Origin: Candidatus Sulfotelmatobacter sp. | GTDB lineage: Bacteria; Acidobacteriota; Terriglobia; Terriglobales; Acidobacteriaceae | DNA: 64,000 nt | Reading direction: 5' to 3' | Assembly (NCBI GenBank): GCA_035272245.1 | Contig: DATEQW010000071.1 | Location: 42-64,041, forward strand | Part shown: positions 27,405 to 37,076 of the stretch, one piece after another | Layout of the letters: every line of letters begins with the position of its first letter | Position numbering within the stretch: the first letter of the stretch is position 1 | Translations under genes and position numbers: made by a program | Notes under the pieces: generated by a model | Database searches by the model: none | What the model was told of the DNA's origin: nothing | The model's input: the letters and a program-made list of their open reading frames with translations, nothing else

Positions 27405-30400
27405 CTAGTCGTCGTCGTCGGCCTTCGCGGGCGCCGGTCTGTTGAAGTCGCTCGCGGGGCGAACTTTGCTCTCGCCGGGGTAGGGGCGAGTGAACGAGGT
27501 GGATTCGTACCAGTTCAGGTGGTTGACGGTGTCCGAGTCTTCGACGTCTGGCCTGTGGTAATTGCCAGCGAAGACCTCGGCCTTCTTCTTCATCCATCCA
27601 GCTCTCAGAGCCTTAACCGCAGGGCTCTCGGTCCGGATGGACTGAGCCTTGACCGCAGGGGCCGCCGCGGGCGTCGCAGAACACGAGGCCGGGAGGGTCT
27701 GGGTTGGACTCTGGCTAACACCATAGGTCAGCGGCACTCCCGCTGCCACGTGGGTCCACGGCAGGAAGTTGTCCGCCGGGGGGTTATCGAGGAAGACCGT
27801 GCTCATCGGCGAGGCCACGAGGTCGTTCTGGTTCATGGGCTCAATGCCGAGAATCTGCTCAATCGTGCGAGTCATGTTGACCTGCGTGTAGAAGGTGCTG
27901 TCTGCGTAGGTCGAACCACCCGTACTCTGGATGACGTAGGGGCTAATGATATAGCCAGGGCTACGGTGACCGTCGACGTGGTCGACGCCGGTCTGCGCGT
28001 CGTCTTCGGTGACGAAGATCGCCGAAGAGGACCAAATCGAGCTGTGGCTGATGGCGTCGACAAAGCGGCCAAGAGCCAGATCGTTGTCGGCCTGCATGGC
28101 TGCCGCGTTCGGCGGGCCGCCAGTGTGGTCGGAGCTGATCCACATCATCTCCAACTGGGGAACCGTACCTGCGGCGACGTCGCTCTGGAAGTTCTCATTC
28201 CAGATATCGAAGCGGAACTGGTCGGGGATGCCCAAGTCGAATTGTGGGTAGATCTGGTACGTGTTGTTAATCAGGTTCGGCAGCGGGGAGTGCGATGCCA
28301 CCGTGTTGTAGTTGTAGAGCTGGGGCTCGTTGCCCGCCTCGTAACAGGTGATGTCGTTGTAGAAGTCGATCCACTGCGGCTCGGCGGTCGAGCCGGTCGG
28401 CTGCAGGAACGAGTTGTACTCGATGTATTCGCCGTAGTTCTTGAACGAGACTTTGTACTTTGCAGCCTGATCCCACAGGTGGCCGGCCTTCTGGTAGGCA
28501 ATCGCGTCGCCGCCGTTGGAGGGGTAGTCGCGTAGCCAGTCTGGCGACTGGACGTCGTCGGAATAAGGAGCGATCGCCTGCGTGATCCAGTTGTGACCGT
28601 CGGCCGACTGGCGGCTCGGGTTGTAATAGTTGTCCAGCAGCGGGAAGCGCTGCACGATCGCGTGCGCGTTGGGTGTTACGACGGGGTAAGGTGTGTAGGT
28701 CGAGTTGATTCCGAAGGTTGCCAGGGAGGCGTCGCCGTTGCCGGCAGTCACGTCGCCCAGGATCTGATCGTAGGTGCGGTTTTCGCGGATGATCAGGAAG
28801 ACGTGCTTGATCAGCGAAGGCGAGCCGATCTTAGCCGGGATCGCAACCGGCGTAGCAGTCTTGCTGCCACCGGAGGCAGATTCGATATTTGCCGTGAGAT
28901 CCCAGTGGTTGTTGTATAGAACCTGCGTGGTCATCGCCGGCAGGTTCAAGCTCGCAATGGGAATGATGCTCGCGGTGCCGAGGTCCTGGTGCGTGTTAAA
29001 AAAGTACACGCCGAATTCTTTGGCGTACGAATTTTCGAACGAATTCGTAGGAGGCGGCGATACGCCGTAGCCGTCGGTGCCGAGGCCTTTGTCGTTGGCA
29101 ACGAGCAGCTCACCGTCCGTCGAATCGAACACGACCGAGCTCGGCGCGTAGCCGACCGGAATCAGGCCTTGAACAACGGAGGTGTTCAGGTCGATTACGG
29201 CAACTGCATTGGCATTGTAGAGCGCCACGTATGCATTGTTTGAGTTGTCGACGGCGATCGAGTTTGGCCCCACGAGAGTGACGAGGTTTTTGGGCACTGT
29301 GACCCCCAGCCCAGCAAGGAAGGGATCAAGCTTAATCGTCGACGAGACCGCATTGGTGGTCGTGTTGATCACCGAGATGGTGTCGTCATAGGCATTAGTG
29401 ACCAACAGGTAAGTGGTCCCCCCCTTGGTCCAGAAGGTCATACCCGTCGGGTGCAGGCCGACCGTGATGGTCTTGGTGACCTTGAACGTGGACAGGTTCA
29501 CGACGGAAATCGTGCCGTCGCTCGTCGCGCCCGTCGGATAGACGGCGACGACCGGCGTGCCATTCGAATATCCCTGGAAGTTGCTCGCGGTAGGAACCTT
29601 TCCAGCCTCGTTGGCAACGTAGGCGGTGGCGCCGCTCGGCGAGATCACGATGTTGTTCGGAACCTGACCGACGCGGAGCTCCGGACCCTCTACCGGGGTT
29701 CCCGTCAGGTTGATGCTGGCGATCGTGTCATTGTTGTCCAGCACCACGTAAGCAGTATTGCCATTCGGCGTGACCGCGATGCCCATCGGATAGGAAGTGG
29801 GTGCACCGTCTGATACAAGCGAGACGGTCTGGCCGCAGGGGATTTCAATGCTGCCCGTGGTCCCCGGAGGGCTGCCAGAGGGGGGCGTCGACGCAGCGTT
29901 GTACGGATAACACGTTACGTTGGTCAGATTGCCGCCGCCGTCGGCGTCGAGCGGAACGCTGATCTCAGCGTAATTGGAGAGCAAGCCGGTCGTTGGATTG
30001 ACACTGGCCATAGCAACGTAAGCCGGCCCGTAGCCGCCGTCTTCGCTAAAGAGTAGGTACGCGCCATTCGGTGTATAGGTGATGCCCATGGAGCTGCCGC
30101 TGTGGTTGCCAAGAGTCGGTATGTAGTTCTGCATGACCTGGCCTTGCGTGTAGGTTCCGCCATCGCAGCCGGCGGTGGCGACGCAGAAGATCGAGACGGA
30201 CTGTGGGGCGCCCATTTGAAGTACAGCGGCGGTTCCGTTGCCCGTGGGATTAAGTGCGATGGCCTTGGCCCGGGTCGTTGTGCCGAGGTAGACCTGGGTG
30301 CCGGCCGGGGTGATGATTGTGCCATCGCTGACCACCCATGGATTGCTCAAGGGCGCCGTGAATTCCGGGCCCGTGGTTGCGCTTGTGTTCTCGCCAGGTG

Positions 30401-30518
30401 TGTAGGTCGGAAACTCTGTGGATTGCGCTAGCGCCGAAACGCTCAGCGCCGCTACCAACAGTCCGACGACTAGAGGCAGACGCCTCATCGAAGACTTATT
30501 GCTAGACTTTGGGGACAT
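27405..30518 (-). CDS. Secreted beta-propeller (YncE-like) / phosphoesterase-family (PLC/AcpA-type) fusion protein
   Basis: Signal peptide MRRLPLVVGLLVAALSVSALAQ. Repeated propeller strands (AYVVLDNNDTIASINL, LLVTNAYDDTISVINT, AYVALYNANAVAVIDL). C-terminal half with IKHVFLIIRENRTYDQILGD and TEDDAQTGVDHVDGHRS. The protein ends in ADDDD. Confidence 0.85.
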   Translation of the reverse strand: MSPKSSNKSSMRRLPLVVGLLVAALSVSALAQSTEFPTYTPGENTSATTGPEFTAPLSNPWVVSDGTIITPAGTQVYLGTTTRAKAIALNPTGNGTAAVLQMGAPQSVSIFCVATAGCDGGTYTQGQVMQNYIPTLGNHSGSSMGITYTPNGAYLLFSEDGGYGPAYVAMASVNPTTGLLSNYAEISVPLDADGGGNLTNVTCYPYNAASTPPSGSPPGTTGSIEIPCGQTVSLVSDGAPTSYPMGIAVTPNGNTAYVVLDNNDTIASINLTGTPVEGPELRVGQVPNNIVISPSGATAYVANEAGKVPTASNFQGYSNGTPVVAVYPTGATSDGTISVVNLSTFKVTKTITVGLHPTGMTFWTKGGTTYLLVTNAYDDTISVINTTTNAVSSTIKLDPFLAGLGVTVPKNLVTLVGPNSIAVDNSNNAYVALYNANAVAVIDLNTSVVQGLIPVGYAPSSVVFDSTDGELLVANDKGLGTDGYGVSPPPTNSFENSYAKEFGVYFFNTHQDLGTASIIPIASLNLPAMTTQVLYNNHWDLTANIESASGGSKTATPVAIPAKIGSPSLIKHVFLIIRENRTYDQILGDVTAGNGDASLATFGINSTYTPYPVVTPNAHAIVQRFPLLDNYYNPSRQSADGHNWITQAIAPYSDDVQSPDWLRDYPSNGGDAIAYQKAGHLWDQAAKYKVSFKNYGEYIEYNSFLQPTGSTAEPQWIDFYNDITCYEAGNEPQLYNYNTVASHSPLPNLINNTYQIYPQFDLGIPDQFRFDIWNENFQSDVAAGTVPQLEMMWISSDHTGGPPNAAAMQADNDLALGRFVDAISHSSIWSSSAIFVTEDDAQTGVDHVDGHRSPGYIISPYVIQSTGGSTYADSTFYTQVNMTRTIEQILGIEPMNQNDLVASPMSTVFLDNPPADNFLPWTHVAAGVPLTYGVSQSPTQTLPASCSATPAAAPAVKAQSIRTESPAVKALRAGWMKKKAEVFAGNYHRPDVEDSDTVNHLNWYESTSFTRPYPGESKVRPASDFNRPAPAKADDDD

Positions 30519-30604
30519 TATGCTCCTCCTCCTGGATCTAGCCAGGGGATCCCATGGTCGCAGCGCAGGGCTGACGCCCGCATGACGCGAACATTACATT
30601 CTTG

Positions 30605-32101
30605 TCATCTTGCGAAGGCGGAAGACGCCGGCATCTGCAGCGTGACCCGAGTACCGTGTCCCGGTTGGCTTGAAATCTCCACATTACCGCCGTGAAGCAC
30701 CGCAATGCTCTGGACGATCGCCAACCCCAAGCCGGTACCTCCCGAGCCTTGGGATCGCGAAGAGTCGACACGGAAGAAGCGATCGAAAACTCTCGGCAGA
30801 GCTTCCGCTGGAATGCCCACGCCCGTGTCGGAGACTTCAATGCGAATGGTGGAAGAATCCGGTGTCGAGAAATTCTTGTTCGAGAAATCCTTGTTCGAGA
30901 AATCAATGTCCGTCCCCAACACGACCGTTCCGCCCGGCGGCGTGTGTGCTAAAGCATTCGAGACCAGGTTGCCCACCGCCCTCTGCAAGAGCGTACGATC
31001 GAGTTCGGCAATCACCGGATGGTTCCCGACAATAGTCGTGAGAGAAACTCCGCCGTCGGCAGCCGAAGCTTCGTAATATTCCCGCACTCCGCTAAGCAGT
31101 TCGCCCACATCCACCCGCTCCCGGCGCAAATGGGTCAACGGGCTTTCCGCGCGTGCCAGAAATAGCAGGTCGCCGATCAGATCCGAGAGTCGCACGGCTT
31201 CCTCGAGACAGGACTCCACCACATCGCGATATTCGTCGGCACTCCGCGCACGGGCCAGAGCTACCTCTGCTTCGCCGCGAATGTTATTCACCGGCGTGCG
31301 CAGGTCATGCGCAATGTCCGCCGAGAATCTCGAAATGCGCTCGAAGGACTCTTCCAGGCGATCCAGCATTTGGTTGAAGGTACGGGCCAGGGACGCCAGC
31401 TCGAACGGATATCCTTCCGGCAGAATTCGTTCCCGCAGGTTCGTCGAACTGATGTGGCGCGCGGTCGTCGCCATTTCTTCCACCGGACGAATCCCGTGCC
31501 GTGCAATCTGGTATCCCACCAATGGAAAAATGGCGAAAGTCGCCAGCAAAATGGACCAGAACCAAAACCGGTAGCGAGCCAGCAATCGCTCTTTTTGCGA
31601 GACATCGACTGCAATCTGAATGGTATCGGTTTGCGCTGCCTGGAAACCGACCGGAACCGACGCACTGGTCACGCGAAAAGGCTGGCCGTCTCTGCCCTTC
31701 ATCGGAACAGTGCGATCAGGCCGGCTTTGACTGGCTAATCGCGCCAGGTCTAATTGTTCTGCCATGCCTGGAGTCATCAGCAGTGGTTTGCTTCGTTCAT
31801 CCAACAGGCGAATATAGAATTGTTCGTATCGTCGCGCGGCCGATTCCAGCTCAACTTCCTCCCGCAGCGCATCCCAGTCGTCGGGCCTCTCCCGCAACAT
31901 GGTGCGTAGTACGTGCACCTTGTCCGCGAGAAACAGATCTGTGCTTTTCTCCAGTTCGCTCACCAGCACAAAGTAAAGACTGGCTGTGGCAAGGAACACC
32001 AGAAATAAGCCTGCAAGCGCGTAGCCCGCCGTTAACCGGAAGGCCAAAGTTCCCCGCAAACGTGAGACCGGCGCGAGGCTATTGACTGGATTCCAGGACA
32101 T
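30605..32101 (-). CDS. Sensor histidine kinase, heavy-metal-sensor (CusS/CzcS) type
   Basis: Two TM segments, HAMP domain, H-box [13 protein letters not shown], and ATPase boxes ([26 protein letters not shown]). It overlaps the regulator gene by 23 nt. Confidence 0.85.
   Translation of the reverse strand: MSWNPVNSLAPVSRLRGTLAFRLTAGYALAGLFLVFLATASLYFVLVSELEKSTDLFLADKVHVLRTMLRERPDDWDALREEVELESAARRYEQFYIRLLDERSKPLLMTPGMAEQLDLARLASQSRPDRTVPMKGRDGQPFRVTSASVPVGFQAAQTDTIQIAVDVSQKERLLARYRFWFWSILLATFAIFPLVGYQIARHGIRPVEEMATTARHISSTNLRERILPEGYPFELASLARTFNQMLDRLEESFERISRFSADIAHDLRTPVNNIRGEAEVALARARSADEYRDVVESCLEEAVRLSDLIGDLLFLARAESPLTHLRRERVDVGELLSGVREYYEASAADGGVSLTTIVGNHPVIAELDRTLLQRAVGNLVSNALAHTPPGGTVVLGTDIDFSNKDFSNKNFSTPDSSTIRIEVSDTGVGIPAEALPRVFDRFFRVDSSRSQGSGGTGLGLAIVQSIAVLHGGNVEISSQPGHGTRVTLQMPASSAFAR
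30866..30910. repeat. In-frame 15-bp tandem repeat, three units, inside the kinase ATPase domain
   Basis: The units are CGAGAAATTCTTGTT, CGAGAAATCCTTGTT and CGAGAAATCAATGTC. They encode [13 protein letters not shown] between the N-box and the G1 box. Confidence 0.85.
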
Positions 32102-32753
32102 AACCGGCGCCCCGAACGGTATGGATCAATTTGAACGGGAAAGGATCGTCCACTTTGCTGCGCAGCCTTCGCACATTGACGTCGACCACGTTAGTGTCGC
32201 TGTCGAAGTTCATGTCCCAGACCGCTTCAGCGATCAGAGTCCGCGATAACACTTCACCCGAGCGTCGCGCCAGCAGGGATAGAAGAAGGAACTCTTTGGA
32301 AGTCAGCTCCAATCGCTGACCGGCGCGCGTGGCACGCTGGCGCAACAAGTCAATCTCAAGGTCGCCCAAGCGAAGCGTCTCCGGCGCGCGTGAAGGCCCA
32401 CGGCGCAGCAGCGAACGTACGCGCGCTAGCAATTCGGAAAAAGCAAACGGCTTCACCAGATAATCGTCTGCACCCAGTTCGAAGCCTCGTACCCGCTCGT
32501 GGACGGCGTCGCGAGCAGTCAGGAAAAGCACCAGCCCGCGCTGGCCGTCGTGGCGCAAACGCGTGAGAACCTGCCAGCCATCCAGCCCCGGGAGCATCAC
32601 GTCGAGAATCAGCAGGTCAAAATGTAATTCTTGTGCGAGATGCAACCCATCGAATCCATCCCCTGCAACATCCACGACGAACCCTGCCTCTCCCAGTCCC
32701 TTCTGCAGGAACTTGGCAGTTTTGGCTTCGTCTTCGATGACCAGAATTCTCAC
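32079..32753 (-). CDS. OmpR/CusR-family response regulator
   Basis: [16 protein letters not shown]...[12 protein letters not shown] receiver domain plus a winged helix ([12 protein letters not shown]). Confidence 0.9.
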   Translation of the reverse strand: MRILVIEDEAKTAKFLQKGLGEAGFVVDVAGDGFDGLHLAQELHFDLLILDVMLPGLDGWQVLTRLRHDGQRGLVLFLTARDAVHERVRGFELGADDYLVKPFAFSELLARVRSLLRRGPSRAPETLRLGDLEIDLLRQRATRAGQRLELTSKEFLLLSLLARRSGEVLSRTLIAEAVWDMNFDSDTNVVDVNVRRLRSKVDDPFPFKLIHTVRGAGYVLESSQ

Positions 32754-32765
32754 GATCAGCCACCC

Positions 32766-35700
32766 CTAAAACGTAAATCTCATGGAGAACTGCAATACCC
32801 TGGGAAGACCGTTAGGACTGATCTCCTGTAAAGCACCAAAATTGCCCGGACCTGAATTCGGCACCAGATAGCAGGTCTGGTTCACTGATGTGCCATCCCC
32901 GCAATTGCTGCCGAACGGGTTGTATTGCAGTTGGTTGATGCCGTCGCCGTTCTGCACGTAGTAGTTGGGATGATTAAACAGATTGAATGCCTGCGCGCGA
33001 AATTCCAGTTCCTTGCCTTCGCGGATTTCGAAGCTGCGCGCCAGGCCAAAGTCGATTCTCTCCAGCCATGGACCATAAAAGGAATTCAGGCCGATTCCCG
33101 GCGTTGGGCCAGCGCCGTTGATTCCGCCCGCTGTGTTGGCCGTGTCCTGATTGAAGGCGGTGTCATTCAGGTTGTCGTTCCCGAAAGGTTCGCAACCCAG
33201 GTTCGTCAGGTTTCCGGAGTTGCTTGCGGTCGTGCACGCTGGACTTAGCAAACCCGCATAAGGACGTCCGGAGGAGAACTCCAGTACGGTGCTCAACGTC
33301 CAACCTGACAAAACTACGCGTCCTTTGTCGGAAGTGGTCAGCCTTTCCAGTTCAGGGCGGTATACCGCAGCCAGGCTAATTCGATTTCGCTGGTCAAGCA
33401 GTGAAGGTGCGTGAGTATTGCTGAAGTCGAACTGATTGCTGAAGTCCATGCCGTCGAGCATGATGCTCTTCGCGAAGGTGTAAGAAGCCTGCAAAGAAAG
33501 TCCACGCGACATGCGCCGCTGCAACTGGACGAAGAACGAGTTGTAATAATTCTGCGCCGGGCTGATCAGTTCGTTAATTTCGCCCAGGCTTCCGCTGATG
33601 CGGCCTTCCGTCAGCAGGCCACTGTCCATGTTCGGCAGTACGTAGGTGGGGCCGTTGCAGGGCAGTGCGGCAGTGTTGGCAGGACACACGATGTACGCGG
33701 TCGTTCCTTGCAGCGGATTCAAGTTTAGGTCATAAGCGCTGCCGGAGAGGATGTGCACGCCGTGATTCCACATGGTGCCGACCGTCAAAGTTGTGTTCTC
33801 CGCAATCTCCCGCTCAATCTGCAAACTCGCCTGCAGAATGTATGGCACCCTGAATTGCGGAGAAACCAGGGAAATGTCTGGGGACGCGCCAAACAGGGGA
33901 GAGTTGACGGGCAGGATATTGGGAAACGTCGGCAGTTGCTGGTTCGGGGGACCTGCTGTGTAACTTGCACTTACCGACGACTGCTGCGAAGCCAAGCCAT
34001 TCGAGACAACCGCATTTCGATAGTTCAGGCCGTTCATGTTCGTATAGAACTGCCCGAATCCTCCACGTACTACGGTCTTCGATGCTGGTTGCCAGGCAAA
34101 TCCGAAGCGCGGAGCGAAGCGGCGAAACTGGTTCGGATACTGTCCGGTAAGAGGAAACGCCGGATTTTCTGCCGGCTGCGGATAGACCTGAAAGTCCTCG
34201 CGCAGGCCCATTTCCAGCGTCAACTGCCGAAACGCACGGAATGTATCCTGCACGTAGAGCCCATAGTAAGGCACCGAAAAAGCAAACCTCGGATCGCCGG
34301 CTGCCTGGCTGAAATTGATGTATTGGCCGAGGGCGAAGGCTTGCAGACTCGGAAATTCGTAGAGTCCGAGTGGCGACCCGAAATCGACAGCCTCGTTCGG
34401 GTCAGCGCCGCCGTCATTGGTGTCCGCATCCGAGGAGCGGCTCCAATCAAAACCAAATTGCAACGTGTGTTTGCCGATTACGTAATCGATGCGCTCCGAA
34501 AGCGAGTACTGTCTTTCAAAAACTCTCCCGATAGAAAACGCGGCATTCCCCAGAGTAAAAGCTGGACTATCCAGAATTACCGTGGGCATGTTTGGAGCTA
34601 AACCGGTGGGTGTCGAGATTTCGTTGTCTTGCGACGTGCCTGCATGGAACTCACTTAACAATCTCGAAGAGAACGCGTGCGTCCAGCCTAAGCTGGTTTC
34701 AAACGTATGCACGGAGGAATTAGCCAGGGTTTGCAGGCCATAGTTCCCAACGGTAGGATCGGTGATCACGCCTCCGGGCGAATCGAAATGATTGAAGTTC
34801 AAGCTGAGGAACAAACCGTCCCGCGCACTCGCCTGGTAATCAAGCCGGGGCGTAAGCACCAAATCGTTGCGCTTTCTTGCTCGGCTGCCCAGATTGGAAT
34901 TCAATGCATTGATCACATTGGACACTTGCTGCAGGTACACCGGATTGTTAGCATCCGGTGCAACGTCGGCGCCAGGCACAGGCAAAGGTCCGTTTGGTGC
35001 CGGGAGTGGAGTCTTATCCGGGATTCCAAAGTTAGAGGATAAGAAACCCGGTTGTGTGCTCACCAGCGCCTGGTTGATCACGGAAATCGGATCATTCCGC
35101 AGTTGTTGCTCATAATCCACGAAGAACCACAGACGGTTACGGAGGATCGGCCCACCCACCCCGGCGCCGAACTGCTGCAGATTGTCCTGTGGTTTCGGAA
35201 AACCTGCCGCTTCGTCGAGAGCATCATTCGCTCCGGTAGCGGAATTGCGGTTGTAATAGAAGGCACTGCCGTGGAACGTGTTGCTCCCCGAACGAGTCAC
35301 GGCATTCACGAATCCGGCTCCGCCACCATACACGGCGGAGTAAGGGCTCACCGAAACTTGAAACTCCTGGATCGCGTCCTCGCCATATAGATACGGGATG
35401 CGGTAACGGCCGATAATGTCGGCGAAGTAGTTGTTGGTAGCATTGGTTCCGTCGACGGTGAATGCATTGGAGCCATTTCCGTTGGCGTACCCCGAGTCTT
35501 CCCCGCCCTGCTGGCCCGCGATGCTTATCAGGCCGGTATCGCCGTCATAGCTGGTGTTGGGCGTTAGCGCGGTGAAATCGGTGTAGCGGCGTCCATTAAG
35601 CGGTAGCTCATCAATGAAGGAGCGGTCAAGCACGGTGCTGGCCGAAGATTCCGCGGGCCGCAAGAGTGCCATTGTGCCCGTAACCTTTACTGTGTCGCCG

Positions 35701-36095
35701 CTGGTTCCCACTTCCAGCCTGACATCCTGCGATGTAGTGTTTCCCACCAACACTCGCACCAGAGCCGCTACATCGTGAAAACCCTTTCCAGTCGTCGTAA
35801 CCGAATACGTTCCCGGCATCAGAGCCACGAATTGATAAAGTCCCGCATGATTTGTAACAGCGGAGTGCTGCAGTCCGGTCGCAAGATTTCTCACCGCGAC
35901 TGACGCTCCCGGAACGATTGCTCCGCTTTGGTCAGTGACGCGACCACCGATCGCGCCGGTTAACACAACGTTCTGAGCTGACGACTGCCGCATGCCCGCT
36001 AAAACAAACAATGCGGTGATGACCAAGTGGGTCGTCAGCAGACTTAGCTTTGCGGCCGATGGAAAGAAGTTGTTTGTCGTCGAGGTGATTGTCAT
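32766..36095 (-). CDS. TonB-dependent receptor with N-terminal CarboxypepD_reg-like domain
   Basis: Signal peptide ending SSAQ. GRVTDQSGAIVPGASVAVRNLATGLQHSAVTNHAGLYQFVALMPGTYSV. About 1100 aa of barrel ending in the aromatic tail MRFTF. The start at 36095 (MTITS...) is preferred over 36152. Confidence 0.88.
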   Translation of the reverse strand: MTITSTTNNFFPSAAKLSLLTTHLVITALFVLAGMRQSSAQNVVLTGAIGGRVTDQSGAIVPGASVAVRNLATGLQHSAVTNHAGLYQFVALMPGTYSVTTTGKGFHDVAALVRVLVGNTTSQDVRLEVGTSGDTVKVTGTMALLRPAESSASTVLDRSFIDELPLNGRRYTDFTALTPNTSYDGDTGLISIAGQQGGEDSGYANGNGSNAFTVDGTNATNNYFADIIGRYRIPYLYGEDAIQEFQVSVSPYSAVYGGGAGFVNAVTRSGSNTFHGSAFYYNRNSATGANDALDEAAGFPKPQDNLQQFGAGVGGPILRNRLWFFVDYEQQLRNDPISVINQALVSTQPGFLSSNFGIPDKTPLPAPNGPLPVPGADVAPDANNPVYLQQVSNVINALNSNLGSRARKRNDLVLTPRLDYQASARDGLFLSLNFNHFDSPGGVITDPTVGNYGLQTLANSSVHTFETSLGWTHAFSSRLLSEFHAGTSQDNEISTPTGLAPNMPTVILDSPAFTLGNAAFSIGRVFERQYSLSERIDYVIGKHTLQFGFDWSRSSDADTNDGGADPNEAVDFGSPLGLYEFPSLQAFALGQYINFSQAAGDPRFAFSVPYYGLYVQDTFRAFRQLTLEMGLREDFQVYPQPAENPAFPLTGQYPNQFRRFAPRFGFAWQPASKTVVRGGFGQFYTNMNGLNYRNAVVSNGLASQQSSVSASYTAGPPNQQLPTFPNILPVNSPLFGASPDISLVSPQFRVPYILQASLQIEREIAENTTLTVGTMWNHGVHILSGSAYDLNLNPLQGTTAYIVCPANTAALPCNGPTYVLPNMDSGLLTEGRISGSLGEINELISPAQNYYNSFFVQLQRRMSRGLSLQASYTFAKSIMLDGMDFSNQFDFSNTHAPSLLDQRNRISLAAVYRPELERLTTSDKGRVVLSGWTLSTVLEFSSGRPYAGLLSPACTTASNSGNLTNLGCEPFGNDNLNDTAFNQDTANTAGGINGAGPTPGIGLNSFYGPWLERIDFGLARSFEIREGKELEFRAQAFNLFNHPNYYVQNGDGINQLQYNPFGSNCGDGTSVNQTCYLVPNSGPGNFGALQEISPNGLPRVLQFSMRFTF

Positions 36096-37076
36096 AAACC
36101 GATCTGCGGGGGGACAAAACCCAATGTACATGGGCAGCCTGCCCACTTTCATTGAGTTTCCACCGGCGGCAAAGGCATCCTTTTCTCGTTCAGACCTGGG
36201 CTTGTCCGCTCACCATCACAGAGACAAGCAGGTGGTCAGTGAGCAGCAGACTAAATGAACTTGTGAACCTGTAATCCGGATCTCATTACCAGATTCCTTT
36301 TCGAGAGCTCCATTGCTGGTTGGGGTTCAAAGTTATGGCGGCACAGAGTCGCCGGCAGGATTGCAGCGCTGAATTCGCGTAGGGGCGAACGTGCAAGGTC
36401 GCTCCAAGCGGGTAACAGGAACAAGCAAACATACGTGCGCATAGTTACGGAAAGTTGAAGCAAGTGTGAATTTCGCATGAAAATTACGACTGCCTCGGAA
36501 CGTTGCATCTGACCCCTGTGGGATGTAACCCTGGGCTCGCAAGTTTGACTTGGCTGCGGAGCCACGTCCGAAATTTCTCGGACTTTTCGCCACGCATCGT
36601 CGGGTCAGCCAAACAGCAGTGGCGATATCCGATTCTTCCTCTCACTCTCCCTCTCTCTTCTCAGCCCCTACGGGCCTCGGTGATGTTCGACTGCGACCCT
36701 ATCAAGTGGACTAGTTTGTTCAAAGTAGCCCACTTGCTACCCGTCTCTCTTGTTGACATTCCCGGCCTGAGAATGCAGTATGAATGGGCTGTGGGCCGTC
36801 GAGTTCGGTGAGGTTGGTTCTACAAAGGGCGCGTCATACCCCCTATCCGTGCCACGCCAGGGCGGCAAACCGGTTGTAGGAAGTAGAGAATCGCCGTCTT
36901 GGTCGCTCTGGCCGCGCCAATTGGATCGCTTCACCCTCCCCCTAATCCAAGCGGCTACGCTAAAAGAATTAGTTCTTAATATTAGGCAGTCCCAGTGGCC
37001 TTGCGATTCGTTCCGCGTAGGCTTTCACCGCCGTGGTTATCGAACCCCAGATTACGAATTCCCGAAGGAGAACAAG

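Noticed and set aside
27393-28535. Many long ORFs run antisense to, or out of frame within, the large genes. Examples: 1127-2113 (+), 27393-28535 (+), 33753-34601 (+), 47327-48163 (-), 48233-49714 (-), 51017-51865 (+), 62676-63425 (+), 126-362 (+).
   Set aside because: Each lies entirely inside a gene with strong family motifs on the other strand or frame. Their translations are Arg/Gly/Ala/Val-rich low-complexity sequence, typical of antisense frames in GC-rich DNA. None has a ribosome-binding site.
36780-37076. N-terminal extensions offered by the ORF track for several genes: 36780 for the Ig-like protein, 12224 for the RND pump, 5656 for the phosphatase, 53766 for the LLM oxidoreductase, 23099 for the NarL regulator, 44533 for the kinase, and 4866 for glgP.
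   Set aside because: In most of these an internal ATG is preceded by a Shine-Dalgarno sequence. In every case it coincides with the conserved N-terminus, a signal peptide, or the start of recognisable sequence. The extensions have no family similarity.
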